From Patescibacteria group bacterium (GTDB lineage Bacteria > Patescibacteriota > Microgenomatia > UBA1400 > PJMF01), in contig JBDTME010000001.1 in the NCBI GenBank assembly GCA_039934415.1, positions 338,785 to 402,784 of the forward strand: 64,000 bases of DNA, given 5' to 3'. Under the pieces are notes generated by a model. It saw nothing but the letters and a program-made list of their open reading frames with translations. It had not been told where the DNA came from and searched no databases. Below are positions 19,507 through 28,298 of this stretch, piece after piece. Position 1 is the first letter of the stretch. Each line of letters starts with the position of its first letter. A program made the position numbers and the translations under genes.

Positions 19507-20346
19507 GTGCCCATCATCATTTTTGACCATGTGACCATGAACTACGGAGTCGGTGAAAGTGCGCTCGACGACGTCAGTTTTTCTGTAGAACCAGGTGAGT
19601 TCATTCTCATTAGGGGTAAGTCTGGTGCTGGCAAAACCACTCTTGCTCGCCTCCTCGTCAAAGAAGTCACTCCTGCCTCTGGCACAGTCGAATTCGATGG
19701 TCAAGATCTTTCTCACATTAAAAAATCTAAACTGCACATGTTGCGACGTCAGATTGGCACAATATATCAAGACTACAAATTGCTCGGAGAGTTGACCATT
19801 AGCGAAAACATCGCACTCGCTTTACACATAGCTGGAAAGAATAAAGAAGAAATTGAAACTCGCATTCATGACTTACTTCAATTAGTGCAACTTCCCAATA
19901 AAGAACACCTATTCCCTACTCAACTTTCCGGAGGAGAAATTCAACGCGTGAGTATCGCGCGTGCTTTAGCCAATGCGCCAGAAGTATTGTTCGCTGATGA
20001 ACCAACTGGTAATCTTGACAAAGAAACAGGCAACCACATCATTCAAATCTTGAAAAAAATTAATTCATTGGGAACGACGGTCTTAATGTCCACCCACGAA
20101 GACTTTGATTTTACCGATCATCCATACAGACAATTCAAGTTAGAAAATGGCAAATTGACGATCACAGAAAGTAAGAGTTCAAAAGCATCCACAAAAATAA
20201 ATGAGGCAGCAAAACCCACAGAGACCGAAAAAACAGAAAAAATAGAAGAAGCAGAAGAAAAAGCTAAAGAAGAGCAGACGACCAGTAAAATTGCAGAATC
20301 AGCTAAGATTGAAGAACCTACTGAGGAACCTAGTAAAAAGAAATAA
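19507..20346 (+). CDS. ftsE: cell division ATP-binding protein FtsE (with about 55-aa E/K-rich C-terminal extension)
   Basis: Walker A 'GKSGAGKTT', signature 'LSGGEIQRVSIARAL', Walker B 'LFADEPTGNLD'. Immediately followed by an ftsX-like gene. Confidence 0.8.
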   Translation: MPIIIFDHVTMNYGVGESALDDVSFSVEPGEFILIRGKSGAGKTTLARLLVKEVTPASGTVEFDGQDLSHIKKSKLHMLRRQIGTIYQDYKLLGELTISENIALALHIAGKNKEEIETRIHDLLQLVQLPNKEHLFPTQLSGGEIQRVSIARALANAPEVLFADEPTGNLDKETGNHIIQILKKINSLGTTVLMSTHEDFDFTDHPYRQFKLENGKLTITESKSSKASTKINEAAKPTETEKTEKIEEAEEKAKEEQTTSKIAESAKIEEPTEEPSKKK

Positions 20347-20352
20347 CTGCTT

Positions 20353-21231
20353 ATGATGACACATCACACACTAGACGCCTTTCGCGCTATCCGTCGATCA
20401 CCGTACCAAAGTTTGGCAGCGATACTTACACTGACACAAACTTTCTTTCTCGCCTACGTTTTTGTAATATTGATGATAGGTAGTGAAGTCGTACTACGCT
20501 ACTTCGAAACTCAACCCCAAATTAGTGCCTTTTTCAAACCAGATGTGACAGACGAGAAAGTTGCGGATGCTCAAAATCAGATTCAACAAAAAGAGTACGT
20601 CAAATCAGTCAAAAGGGTAACTAAACAAGATGCCCTCAGCACTTATCGTGAAGATAATAAAAACGACCCACTCCTCCTTCAACTAGTGACTGCAGATATC
20701 CTGCCAGCCAGTTTAGAAGTTTCTGCAAAAGACATTCAATCTTTACCACAACTGGAACATGATCTAAAAGCATTACCTGGTATTGATGAAGTTGTTTTTC
20801 AAAAAAATGTCACTGACACGCTTGCCAAGTGGACTCACAATTTACGTTCTGGGGGAATATTTTTAGTAAGTTTAATGGCACTGACTTCCGTCATTCAGAT
20901 GATGGTAATGACTAGTATGAAGATTTCAGCTAAGCGGGGTGCAATTAAAACGATGCAACTTATTGGTGCTTCACGTTGGTATATCAAATCACCTTTTATC
21001 TTGGAAGGTTCCATTTATGGCATCAGCGCTGCTGTATTAGGGTGGTTAGCGACGTACGTATCTATTTTGTATCTAACACCTTGGTTATTAGGTTTCTTGG
21101 GCGACATCCCACTCTTACCAGTTTCACCACTTTTTATGTTCGCGCTCCTTGGAGGAGGAACAATTGTCGGAATTACCATCGGAGCTTTTTCAAGTTTGTT
21201 TGCTGCTCAACACTTTCTACATAAAGACTGA
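20353..21231 (+). CDS. ftsX: cell division protein FtsX
   Basis: N-terminal 'AFRAIRRSPYQSLAAI', periplasmic domain, C-terminal 3-TM bundle. Position after ftsE. Confidence 0.75.
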   Translation: MMTHHTLDAFRAIRRSPYQSLAAILTLTQTFFLAYVFVILMIGSEVVLRYFETQPQISAFFKPDVTDEKVADAQNQIQQKEYVKSVKRVTKQDALSTYREDNKNDPLLLQLVTADILPASLEVSAKDIQSLPQLEHDLKALPGIDEVVFQKNVTDTLAKWTHNLRSGGIFLVSLMALTSVIQMMVMTSMKISAKRGAIKTMQLIGASRWYIKSPFILEGSIYGISAAVLGWLATYVSILYLTPWLLGFLGDIPLLPVSPLFMFALLGGGTIVGITIGAFSSLFAAQHFLHKD

Positions 21232-21270
21232 GCAAAAATCCACATTACATCGATACACAGGCTAAAACTG

Positions 21271-22491
21271 ATGACTTATTTCTCAAGCAAGTCAATGAAA
21301 TTTTTTTTAGTACTGTGTCTTTGTATTGGTTTAGGTTCAATTCCTTTTTTAATGACGCCACGAGCCAGTGCTGAAGAGAGTACAGAAAGCGCTAAAGCGA
21401 GTGAGTTAGAACAAAAAAAACAAAAAATCTCAGAGCTTCAACAGAAACTTCAAGAAATTCAAAGCCAGAAAGTTTCGCTGTCTACCACGATTCAGTACAT
21501 TAATACCAAAATCAGTCTTTCACAAGCTGAAATCGATAAAACCCAAACAGAGTTGGTCAGTTTAGAAAGAGAGGTGGGCGAGTTAGGAACCCGAATTGGC
21601 GGACTCGAACAATCACTGGATGTTCTTTCCGGCGTACTTTTAGATCGAGTCTCAAATCAGTATAAACAAGCACAAGTCAATCCCTTTCAAAGTTTACTCG
21701 TTTCTCAAGATTTGAGTCAGCTGTACGAGCGCACAAAGTACATCAAGATCGTCCAAGAAAAGACTCGTATTATCATGCAACAAGCAGAGAATCAAAAAGG
21801 CATTTTTGACGAACAAAAAAAAATCAAAGAAGAAAAACAAACAGAAGTTGAACAGAAAAAGAAACAACTTGCTCAACAACAACAACAGTTAGCAGTAGAG
21901 CGAACAGGACAACAACAACTTCTCAATGATACTAAAAATAATGAGAGTAAGTATCAGGCTGAATTAGAAAAAACAACGCAAGAGTTGCAAGCTATCCAAG
22001 GAATCATTGCGGGTAAGGGTACGGAGACTGAAGTGCGAAATGTTAACCAAGGTGATCAGATTGCTTCGATCATTGTTGGGGCGTCACCTTGCTCAAATGG
22101 GACTCACTTACACTTTGAAGTTGTTAAAGACGGTACACATCAGGATCCAGCTTCATTCTTATCTCCAGCAGACATTGCCTGGAATAACTCTCCAGATCCT
22201 GCTTTCGCTCTTTCAGGTAGTTGGGCTTGGCCAATCAATAACCCTGCTCGCATCAATCAAGGGTACGGCATGACTTATTATGCTCGAGTACGGCGTGCCT
22301 ATGGTGGTGCTCCACACACTGGAATTGATATGATCAGTAAATCAGGTGGGGATTACGCAGTTAAAGCTGTTAAAAATGGTGTCCTCTTCCGAGGCGGAAT
22401 TGCATGTGGCGGACGAACACTTCAATATGTCAGAGTCATCGATAAAGATAACTCATCACTAAGCACTTATTATCTCCACGTCAATTATTAA
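21271..22491 (+). CDS. coiled-coil peptidase M23 (LytM-domain) protein, EnvC-like
   Basis: Signal peptide, about 200 aa of coiled coil (Q/E/K/L-rich), and M23 motifs 'GTHLHFEV' and 'PHTGIDM'. The motif order is unusual (see findings). Confidence 0.7.
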   Translation: MTYFSSKSMKFFLVLCLCIGLGSIPFLMTPRASAEESTESAKASELEQKKQKISELQQKLQEIQSQKVSLSTTIQYINTKISLSQAEIDKTQTELVSLEREVGELGTRIGGLEQSLDVLSGVLLDRVSNQYKQAQVNPFQSLLVSQDLSQLYERTKYIKIVQEKTRIIMQQAENQKGIFDEQKKIKEEKQTEVEQKKKQLAQQQQQLAVERTGQQQLLNDTKNNESKYQAELEKTTQELQAIQGIIAGKGTETEVRNVNQGDQIASIIVGASPCSNGTHLHFEVVKDGTHQDPASFLSPADIAWNNSPDPAFALSGSWAWPINNPARINQGYGMTYYARVRRAYGGAPHTGIDMISKSGGDYAVKAVKNGVLFRGGIACGGRTLQYVRVIDKDNSSLSTYYLHVNY

Positions 22492-22546
22492 TGGTGCCAC
22501 TCAGCATGTAAGCTTTTTGTCAGAAGATTTGTGTATGCTCTGAATC

Positions 22547-23845
22547 ATGACAAAAACCATGCATCTACTCACAGCATTAATACTCTATGTCTTCCTGTTG
22601 CTCTTTTTTCCGGCGGCAGCTTTTGCCAAAATTGAGCTGACATACTCGGCTCCCCCAGCTGAAACTGATGTTGATCATCCATTTACACTTGATGTCACTC
22701 TTTCGGGAGCTGACCAAACCGCAGAGTATTATATTCGCGGTGTATTCTATAAACAAAATACCACGCAATACTTTGGTCTTACTCAAAATAATGATGGAAA
22801 CTGGCAAACAGACACTAACTTAGTGACGCAGTTCTACAAAATAACTGGCAATGGAACGAACACCATAACTTTCAAACCAGATACACATTCCTCAGATCTG
22901 ATTCCTAATACAAGTTATTTTTTTAAAGTAGGTAGATACACTCCAGGCGGTTCACTCACTTGGTCTGAACAAACCCCTGCTGTTGTGTTTCTAAGTGCAG
23001 CAATCACTCCAACCCCATTTGTGACAGTTGCTGTTAATCCCTCACCCACTCCATCAACACCACCTGTAGTTACCCCAACAGCCGTGCCCACAAGTTATAT
23101 CAATCCAAGTTCAATCATCATTTCTGAAGTCATGGCGTGCCCAAATAAAGATGAAGGCGAGTGGGTCGAACTCTTTAACTCTTCAGATTCTAATCAGACT
23201 ATCCACAACTGGAAGATTAAAGACTCCATCGACACACATAATATTGATGTAAGTAGTACGATTTCTGCTCACAGCTATCTGGTCGTGCATATTTCTTCTG
23301 CTATTTTAAACAATGCTGGAGACTCTGTTCGTTTATTCACAGACCAAAATGTATTGAATAGCCAAATGAGTTACATCGATTGTCAAGACGGCACATCATT
23401 TATATTAGTCGATGGGAGTTGGCAAGCAACTCAAACAGTTACTCCAGGATCTACAAACATATTCACACCTGTGGATACTCCTGCACCCACTACTGATGCT
23501 TCTCCCTCTCCAACCCTGTTTATATCTGAAACAGTATCTGAAATACCGATATTAGAAAATACTGTTGATATAGATCTCAATGATCTTTTCGATGAATCAC
23601 TCATTGCAAGTGATTCAACAGAAATGAGTTCAGAATCAGCTGCAATTCTCCCTCAAGAAAGCACCCCTGAGACAAAAATAAAAATAACGTCACAGCAAAC
23701 TGAAAAACCACACAATTCTGTTTTCTCGGCTTCAACAGCGTTTTTATTAGGTGGTGGAAGTTATGTCCTCTCGGCTGCTTTGCTCGCACAGAGATGGTAT
23801 AATTTGAGCTTGTATGCTGTCACTGCCATTTCATCTTCCACGTAA
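22547..23845 (+). CDS. secreted protein with lamin-tail domain (LTD) and C-terminal TM anchor
   Basis: Signal peptide; LTD-like 'IIISEVMACPNKDEGEWVELFNSSDSNQTIHNWKIKD...GDSVRLF'; P/T/S-rich linkers; C-terminal hydrophobic segment. Confidence 0.5.
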   Translation: MTKTMHLLTALILYVFLLLFFPAAAFAKIELTYSAPPAETDVDHPFTLDVTLSGADQTAEYYIRGVFYKQNTTQYFGLTQNNDGNWQTDTNLVTQFYKITGNGTNTITFKPDTHSSDLIPNTSYFFKVGRYTPGGSLTWSEQTPAVVFLSAAITPTPFVTVAVNPSPTPSTPPVVTPTAVPTSYINPSSIIISEVMACPNKDEGEWVELFNSSDSNQTIHNWKIKDSIDTHNIDVSSTISAHSYLVVHISSAILNNAGDSVRLFTDQNVLNSQMSYIDCQDGTSFILVDGSWQATQTVTPGSTNIFTPVDTPAPTTDASPSPTLFISETVSEIPILENTVDIDLNDLFDESLIASDSTEMSSESAAILPQESTPETKIKITSQQTEKPHNSVFSASTAFLLGGGSYVLSAALLAQRWYNLSLYAVTAISSST

Positions 23846-24200
23846 AACACGATTTCAGGTCTATCTTCCGCTGCTTGCCTGGGGATTTTTTATTTTTTTC
23901 TTATCATCACAACCATCTCTACCCAGCCCATCAGTAGTCATTTGGGATTTTGCATTCAAAAAACTGGCTCACATGTTTGTTTACTTTGTCTTTTTCCGAC
24001 TCATGTTTCGGGCTGTTCAGTTTGACGTGACAAATCAGTTTAAAGCTACAGCAATTGCACTCCTTTTATCTATCATTTACTCAATGAGTGACGAACTACA
24101 TCAATCTTTTATACCTGGAAGAACGCCGACAGGTAAAGATGTTTTATTTGATATTTTGGGTATGGGAATTGCTTGGTTAACAATCTTCAAGTATGTCTAG
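23814..24200 (+). CDS. VanZ-like family membrane protein
   Basis: 'SMSDELHQSFIPGRTPTGKDVLFDILGMGIAWL' matches the VanZ signature. Start uncertain; overlaps the upstream ORF by 32 nt. Confidence 0.55.
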   Translation: MLSLPFHLPRKTRFQVYLPLLAWGFFIFFLSSQPSLPSPSVVIWDFAFKKLAHMFVYFVFFRLMFRAVQFDVTNQFKATAIALLLSIIYSMSDELHQSFIPGRTPTGKDVLFDILGMGIAWLTIFKYV

Positions 24201-24636
24201 CATTACCTCCCATGATATTACACAGCTCGCTGATCTAGATTTATTCGTCGAGATGGTAGCACAGGCGATTATTCCTGGTACGGTTTTGGCTTTGAGTGGG
24301 GATCTCGGTGCCGGCAAAACTACTTTCACTCAACATTTGTTAAAAGTACTTGGAGTCACCAGCTCAGTCACCTCTCCAACATTTGTGTTGATGAATCGCT
24401 ACCAAAGCCAACAAGATCAGCCAATCTATCACCTCGATCTCTACAGATTACAAAACAATCAAGAGTTGATGCAACTCGGTCTGGATGAGCTATTCCAACA
24501 ACCTAATATTGTTATCATTGAATGGCCAGAACTGGCAGCAGAAATGCTACCTCCAACCACCTGGAACTTGCAATTTAAGCTTGATGAAAATCAGAACCGA
24601 ACAGTCACTTTAGAAAAGAATGGCGCACACTCATGA
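24193..24636 (+). CDS. tsaE: tRNA threonylcarbamoyladenosine biosynthesis protein TsaE (YjeE)
   Basis: P-loop 'LSGDLGAGKTTF'; 'VTSPTFVLMNRY' and 'IYHLDLYRL' motifs. Confidence 0.8.
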   Translation: MSSITSHDITQLADLDLFVEMVAQAIIPGTVLALSGDLGAGKTTFTQHLLKVLGVTSSVTSPTFVLMNRYQSQQDQPIYHLDLYRLQNNQELMQLGLDELFQQPNIVIIEWPELAAEMLPPTTWNLQFKLDENQNRTVTLEKNGAHS

Positions 24637-24965
24637 AACTTTCGATTGATAACACCACTTCATCAGTAATCAGGCTTTGGCTTGACACAGATAGTAAGGA
24701 AATTCCTTATGTGTCTCCTCGTGACCAGGATTTATTAAAAGATATCAACCTTTTTTTGCAAGAAAAAGGCAAAAAGCTACAAGATTTAACTGAAATTCAT
24801 GTCGCTACTGGACCAGGTGGATTTACGTCTCTACGAACGAGTATTGCCATTGCCCAAGCTCTTGCTTTTGGACTCCAAATTCCTATTAATGGTCAACCTC
24901 CAGGTACTAGTATTGAGGCACTCTATGGGCAGGAACCTAATATTTCGAAGCCGAGTAATAAATAA
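24633..24965 (+). CDS. tsaB: tRNA t6A biosynthesis protein TsaB (YeaZ), minimal N-terminal-domain-only form
   Basis: 'MKLSIDNTTSSVIRLWL' and 'IHVATGPGGFTSLRTSIAIAQALAFGLQIP' match the TsaB N-domain. Only 110 aa. ATGA overlap with tsaE. Confidence 0.6.
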   Translation: MKLSIDNTTSSVIRLWLDTDSKEIPYVSPRDQDLLKDINLFLQEKGKKLQDLTEIHVATGPGGFTSLRTSIAIAQALAFGLQIPINGQPPGTSIEALYGQEPNISKPSNK

Positions 24966-25074
24966 TCAGCACCCACTTGCAATCACTTGAACAACTCGTT
25001 AAAGTAATACTAATTTAAAAAACTGCCAATCATCCGAGTAAATTCCAATTTTACTGGATCCGCTGTTAAGAAAG

Positions 25075-25356
25075 GTGCTCATGACAAAATCCGATCTGAT
25101 CAAAGTTGTCGCGAAACGCGCAAACTTGACAAAAAAAGCCGCTTCCGATTCTATTGAAACGTTGTTTGACGAAGTCAATCGTAGCCTAGCTAAAGGTAAT
25201 AAAGTGGTCATCTCAGGATTTGGCACGTTCTATCTTAGTCAGGTAAAGGATAAAGAAGTGGTACCGTTCGGTAATGAATCAAAGCGTCAGACTGTCAAAA
25301 AACATAAAGTTGTTAACTTCCGTGTAGGAAAACCTCTCAAGAAAACAGTGTGGTAG
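25075..25356 (+). CDS. hup: DNA-binding protein HU
   Basis: 'KSDLIKVVAKRANLTKKAASDSIETLFDEV..KGNKVVISGFGTFYLSQVKDKE..NFRVGKPLKK'. Probable start ATG 25081. Confidence 0.85.
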   Translation: MLMTKSDLIKVVAKRANLTKKAASDSIETLFDEVNRSLAKGNKVVISGFGTFYLSQVKDKEVVPFGNESKRQTVKKHKVVNFRVGKPLKKTVW

Positions 25357-25374
25357 GCGCTGTATAATTGCTAA

Positions 25375-26172
25375 GTGTTGAAGACTCTCTCTTTTTTCAA
25401 ATATAAGTTGTTGCGTTCTCTGCAATTTCGCTGGGAAGTTTGTTTGTGGATTTGCCTTGACATGATTCCCTTTGGCGTAATGTTTCTTGTTTTGCGCTCA
25501 ATGTATCAGAATCGCTCAGTTATCCACTCCTACACATCAGGCCAAATGATTTTTTACTATTTTATGGTCGTGTTGATTAGTGGGATGAGTTCAACACATT
25601 TTGAAGGGTGGCGAATTGAGGAAATAAGAAGAGGACAGATAGATGTCTATTTACTGCGTCCGTTCTCATATTTAAAAGAAATCTTATTGAATGATTTAGC
25701 CGGTAAACTATTATATATACTTCTTTTTACCCCAATATATATCGGTTTCTACTTCTTAGCTCAATCTATTCTGCCTTTTACACTCCCGACCTTCACTGCA
25801 ACGACCTTATTGCTTTTTATTTTCTTCATCATTTTTGCTTATGTTGTGGAAATGTGCATTGGGATATCGATCGTTCTACTGGGTTTTTGGTTTGAAGGTT
25901 CACAAGGACTCGAACATTTTAAATGGATTTCGATCACGCTGTTGAGTGGCTCAATGATCCCACTGGAGTTCTTACCACCTTGGCTCAAAAACATTACTGC
26001 TCGGTTACCTTTTCAATATATGTATGCTTTCCCTATCAATCTCATTCAAGGTAGGGCAACTTTTTCTCTCTCAGATTTTGCTATTATCCTAATAAGTTGT
26101 ATAGTTCTATTTGGACTCGTTACACTCCTCTGGAAAAAAGCACTCTACACTTATACGTCGAGCGGTGGGTAG
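25375..26172 (+). CDS. ABC-2 family transporter permease (paralog of the permeases at 33410, 35221, 36020)
   Basis: Six hydrophobic helices. C-terminal 'YTYTSSGG' motif shared with 'KKYSSAGS', 'KDYSAAGQ' and 'KQYSSASS' of the downstream paralogs. Confidence 0.5.
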   Translation: MLKTLSFFKYKLLRSLQFRWEVCLWICLDMIPFGVMFLVLRSMYQNRSVIHSYTSGQMIFYYFMVVLISGMSSTHFEGWRIEEIRRGQIDVYLLRPFSYLKEILLNDLAGKLLYILLFTPIYIGFYFLAQSILPFTLPTFTATTLLLFIFFIIFAYVVEMCIGISIVLLGFWFEGSQGLEHFKWISITLLSGSMIPLEFLPPWLKNITARLPFQYMYAFPINLIQGRATFSLSDFAIILISCIVLFGLVTLLWKKALYTYTSSGG

Positions 26173-26182
26173 AAAGAAAAAT

Positions 26183-26566
26183 ATGATTGGTTTCGTTAAA
26201 AATATTGAACAGCTTACACTTGCTAATGAATACTTTCGGCAGGTCCTGTATACAGGACAACACGCCCAAGTAGTCGTGATGTCATTAAAGCCAAAAGAAG
26301 ATATTGGCCTAGAAGTACATGAGATTGTTGATCAATTTCTGAGAATCGAATCTGGCGAAGGTAAAGTGATCATAGATGGTGAGGAACATGTAGTCAAAGA
26401 TGGTTCTGCAATCGTTGTTCCTGCTGGGACAAAACATAACTTAGTTAACACGTCTGCAGACCAACCAATGAAACTCTACACAGTCTACTCACCACCTCAC
26501 CACAAAGATGGCACTATTCATAAAACGAAGAAAGATGCTGAGGCAGATTCAGCAGATCATTTGTAA
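26183..26566 (+). CDS. cupin domain protein
   Basis: 'EVHEIVDQFLRIESGEGKVIIDGEEHVVKDGSAIVVPAGTKHNLVN' is a cupin two-motif core. Start set at ATG 26183. Confidence 0.6.
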   Translation: MIGFVKNIEQLTLANEYFRQVLYTGQHAQVVVMSLKPKEDIGLEVHEIVDQFLRIESGEGKVIIDGEEHVVKDGSAIVVPAGTKHNLVNTSADQPMKLYTVYSPPHHKDGTIHKTKKDAEADSADHL

Positions 26567-26763
26567 GGCTACTGAATAGTTTTGATTACGGTCGTTCAAT
26601 GATCACTTCTGCTGTTGCGATGTGGGGACTTGATGTAATCACGTTCATTATTTGTTCAGCAACGTCTTTTGGTTGTTTAATATTTAGGTGATCTAGTAGA
26701 CACTCCTATATTGTTACGATATTATACTCGACAATCTATCATTAATATTCCAAATTACTTTAT

Positions 26764-28224
26764 ATGTCGTCAAAAGAAAACCCCAGAATCCGGTTAGAAC
26801 GCAATGAAGATGGAAAGTTGCAGGTCGTTGGGAAGCGATTAGAGAATACCAAAGCATTTGCTGCAGCTTTTTTGCCATTTATAGAAGAAATTGGTAACAT
26901 CCTGACGAACGAATACCCAGATGATAATCGCGTAGCAATGAAGCTGCTACAAATCATGCAGTTAGATGGAGATTATACCATCGGTGAAGCTGCAGCTGCA
27001 GCATTGAGTGATCCTGACGCTAAAAGAGCTGAGATGCCTCGAGCTATGCAGGAAACATTAGGTAAAGGTATTCTGTGGTACGAATCTTTCGGTCCAGAAA
27101 ACGATCTTAGGCTTTTAGTACGTAAACTTTTACTTCTAAAGCAGGGTGGCGGAGCAGCTCGTAAGAATGTTGAACAACTGGTTGGCAATGCCAAAAAAAT
27201 TATCGATGAAATGAAAGAATCTGGGACACATGCAGACGTTGATATTGTGTGGACAAACGCACGGCTTGCAAATCTTAATCTCCTTTTCGCTGATGGGCAG
27301 TTTACACCAGAGGAAATGCGCCAACTTTTTGATCGTGCAGAATGGGGATTTGATCACCTGCTTCAAACACAACTCTGGCACAGCGTCCTTTCTAAAGTTC
27401 CCGGCATGGGTGCTCGGATTCGTTTTCCAGGCAAGAAAAAGATGCAACATATTGTGAAAGGAACACTTAAAAAAATGACAAGTTCCTATGACATTGCCAA
27501 AGTACGTGAACTGATGCAAGACAATGATCCCCGTCAAACTGACATTCCGTTCTTACTACTACTTGCAGAAGGTTTGCGAGGAAAATTATCTGAGCACGCA
27601 AAAAAAAACTTACCGTTACATCATCGTGACGTCATTGAACACACAACCGGAAATATTCTTCAAACGCTCTTTGCAGCGACAGAGACTTCATTTGCTGAAA
27701 TTAAACGCATGATGATCAAACTGCAGGATCCAAAATTATTTGCACAACTAAAAGCGGAAGCTCTAGCTGCGTTACCCAACGGATTAGCCTCAATTACTCC
27801 AGAGACACTCATGAGAGGCGATCTTTTTCCCAAATTAGTTGCTGAAATTCATGACAGTTTTCGTAATCCGCCAACTCCACTTGATCAACGAGTGAATGTT
27901 GATCCGGAGACCGGCGAGGAGTCTACAACATATATTGGGTTACAAGCCATGACTGAGAATGCCTATCGTCAACAGGTGTACACAACATTCTCCCAACTTG
28001 TTAGAGGTGAGTGGTTTGCTAATGTCAATAAACTTTCAACACCAGACAAAAAATACAGTAATCCTCGAGATTGTCCAGGAGCAACTTGGGCAATTACTGA
28101 GATCATGTGCACTATACTAGCTATTTTGTTAGAGACAAATGGAGTGAGATTGGCCAACAAGCCAGTGGAATTTAAAGGCGTTACTAGCACTCCTCGCAAT
28201 GTGAATGTCCAATTTATTTCCTAA
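26764..28224 (+). CDS. hypothetical protein, 486 aa, no recognisable domain
   Basis: Long, soluble, helix-rich ORF. Visibly higher GC than neighbouring genes. No signal peptide and no catalytic motif I can name. Confidence 0.45.
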   Translation: MSSKENPRIRLERNEDGKLQVVGKRLENTKAFAAAFLPFIEEIGNILTNEYPDDNRVAMKLLQIMQLDGDYTIGEAAAAALSDPDAKRAEMPRAMQETLGKGILWYESFGPENDLRLLVRKLLLLKQGGGAARKNVEQLVGNAKKIIDEMKESGTHADVDIVWTNARLANLNLLFADGQFTPEEMRQLFDRAEWGFDHLLQTQLWHSVLSKVPGMGARIRFPGKKKMQHIVKGTLKKMTSSYDIAKVRELMQDNDPRQTDIPFLLLLAEGLRGKLSEHAKKNLPLHHRDVIEHTTGNILQTLFAATETSFAEIKRMMIKLQDPKLFAQLKAEALAALPNGLASITPETLMRGDLFPKLVAEIHDSFRNPPTPLDQRVNVDPETGEESTTYIGLQAMTENAYRQQVYTTFSQLVRGEWFANVNKLSTPDKKYSNPRDCPGATWAITEIMCTILAILLETNGVRLANKPVEFKGVTSTPRNVNVQFIS

Positions 28225-28298
28225 CGATGTAATAATTCAGATTTTGGATGTGCTTGGTGATGGAAAAGTAGAGTAAGAAAGAGGTTTATTCAGCGTCT

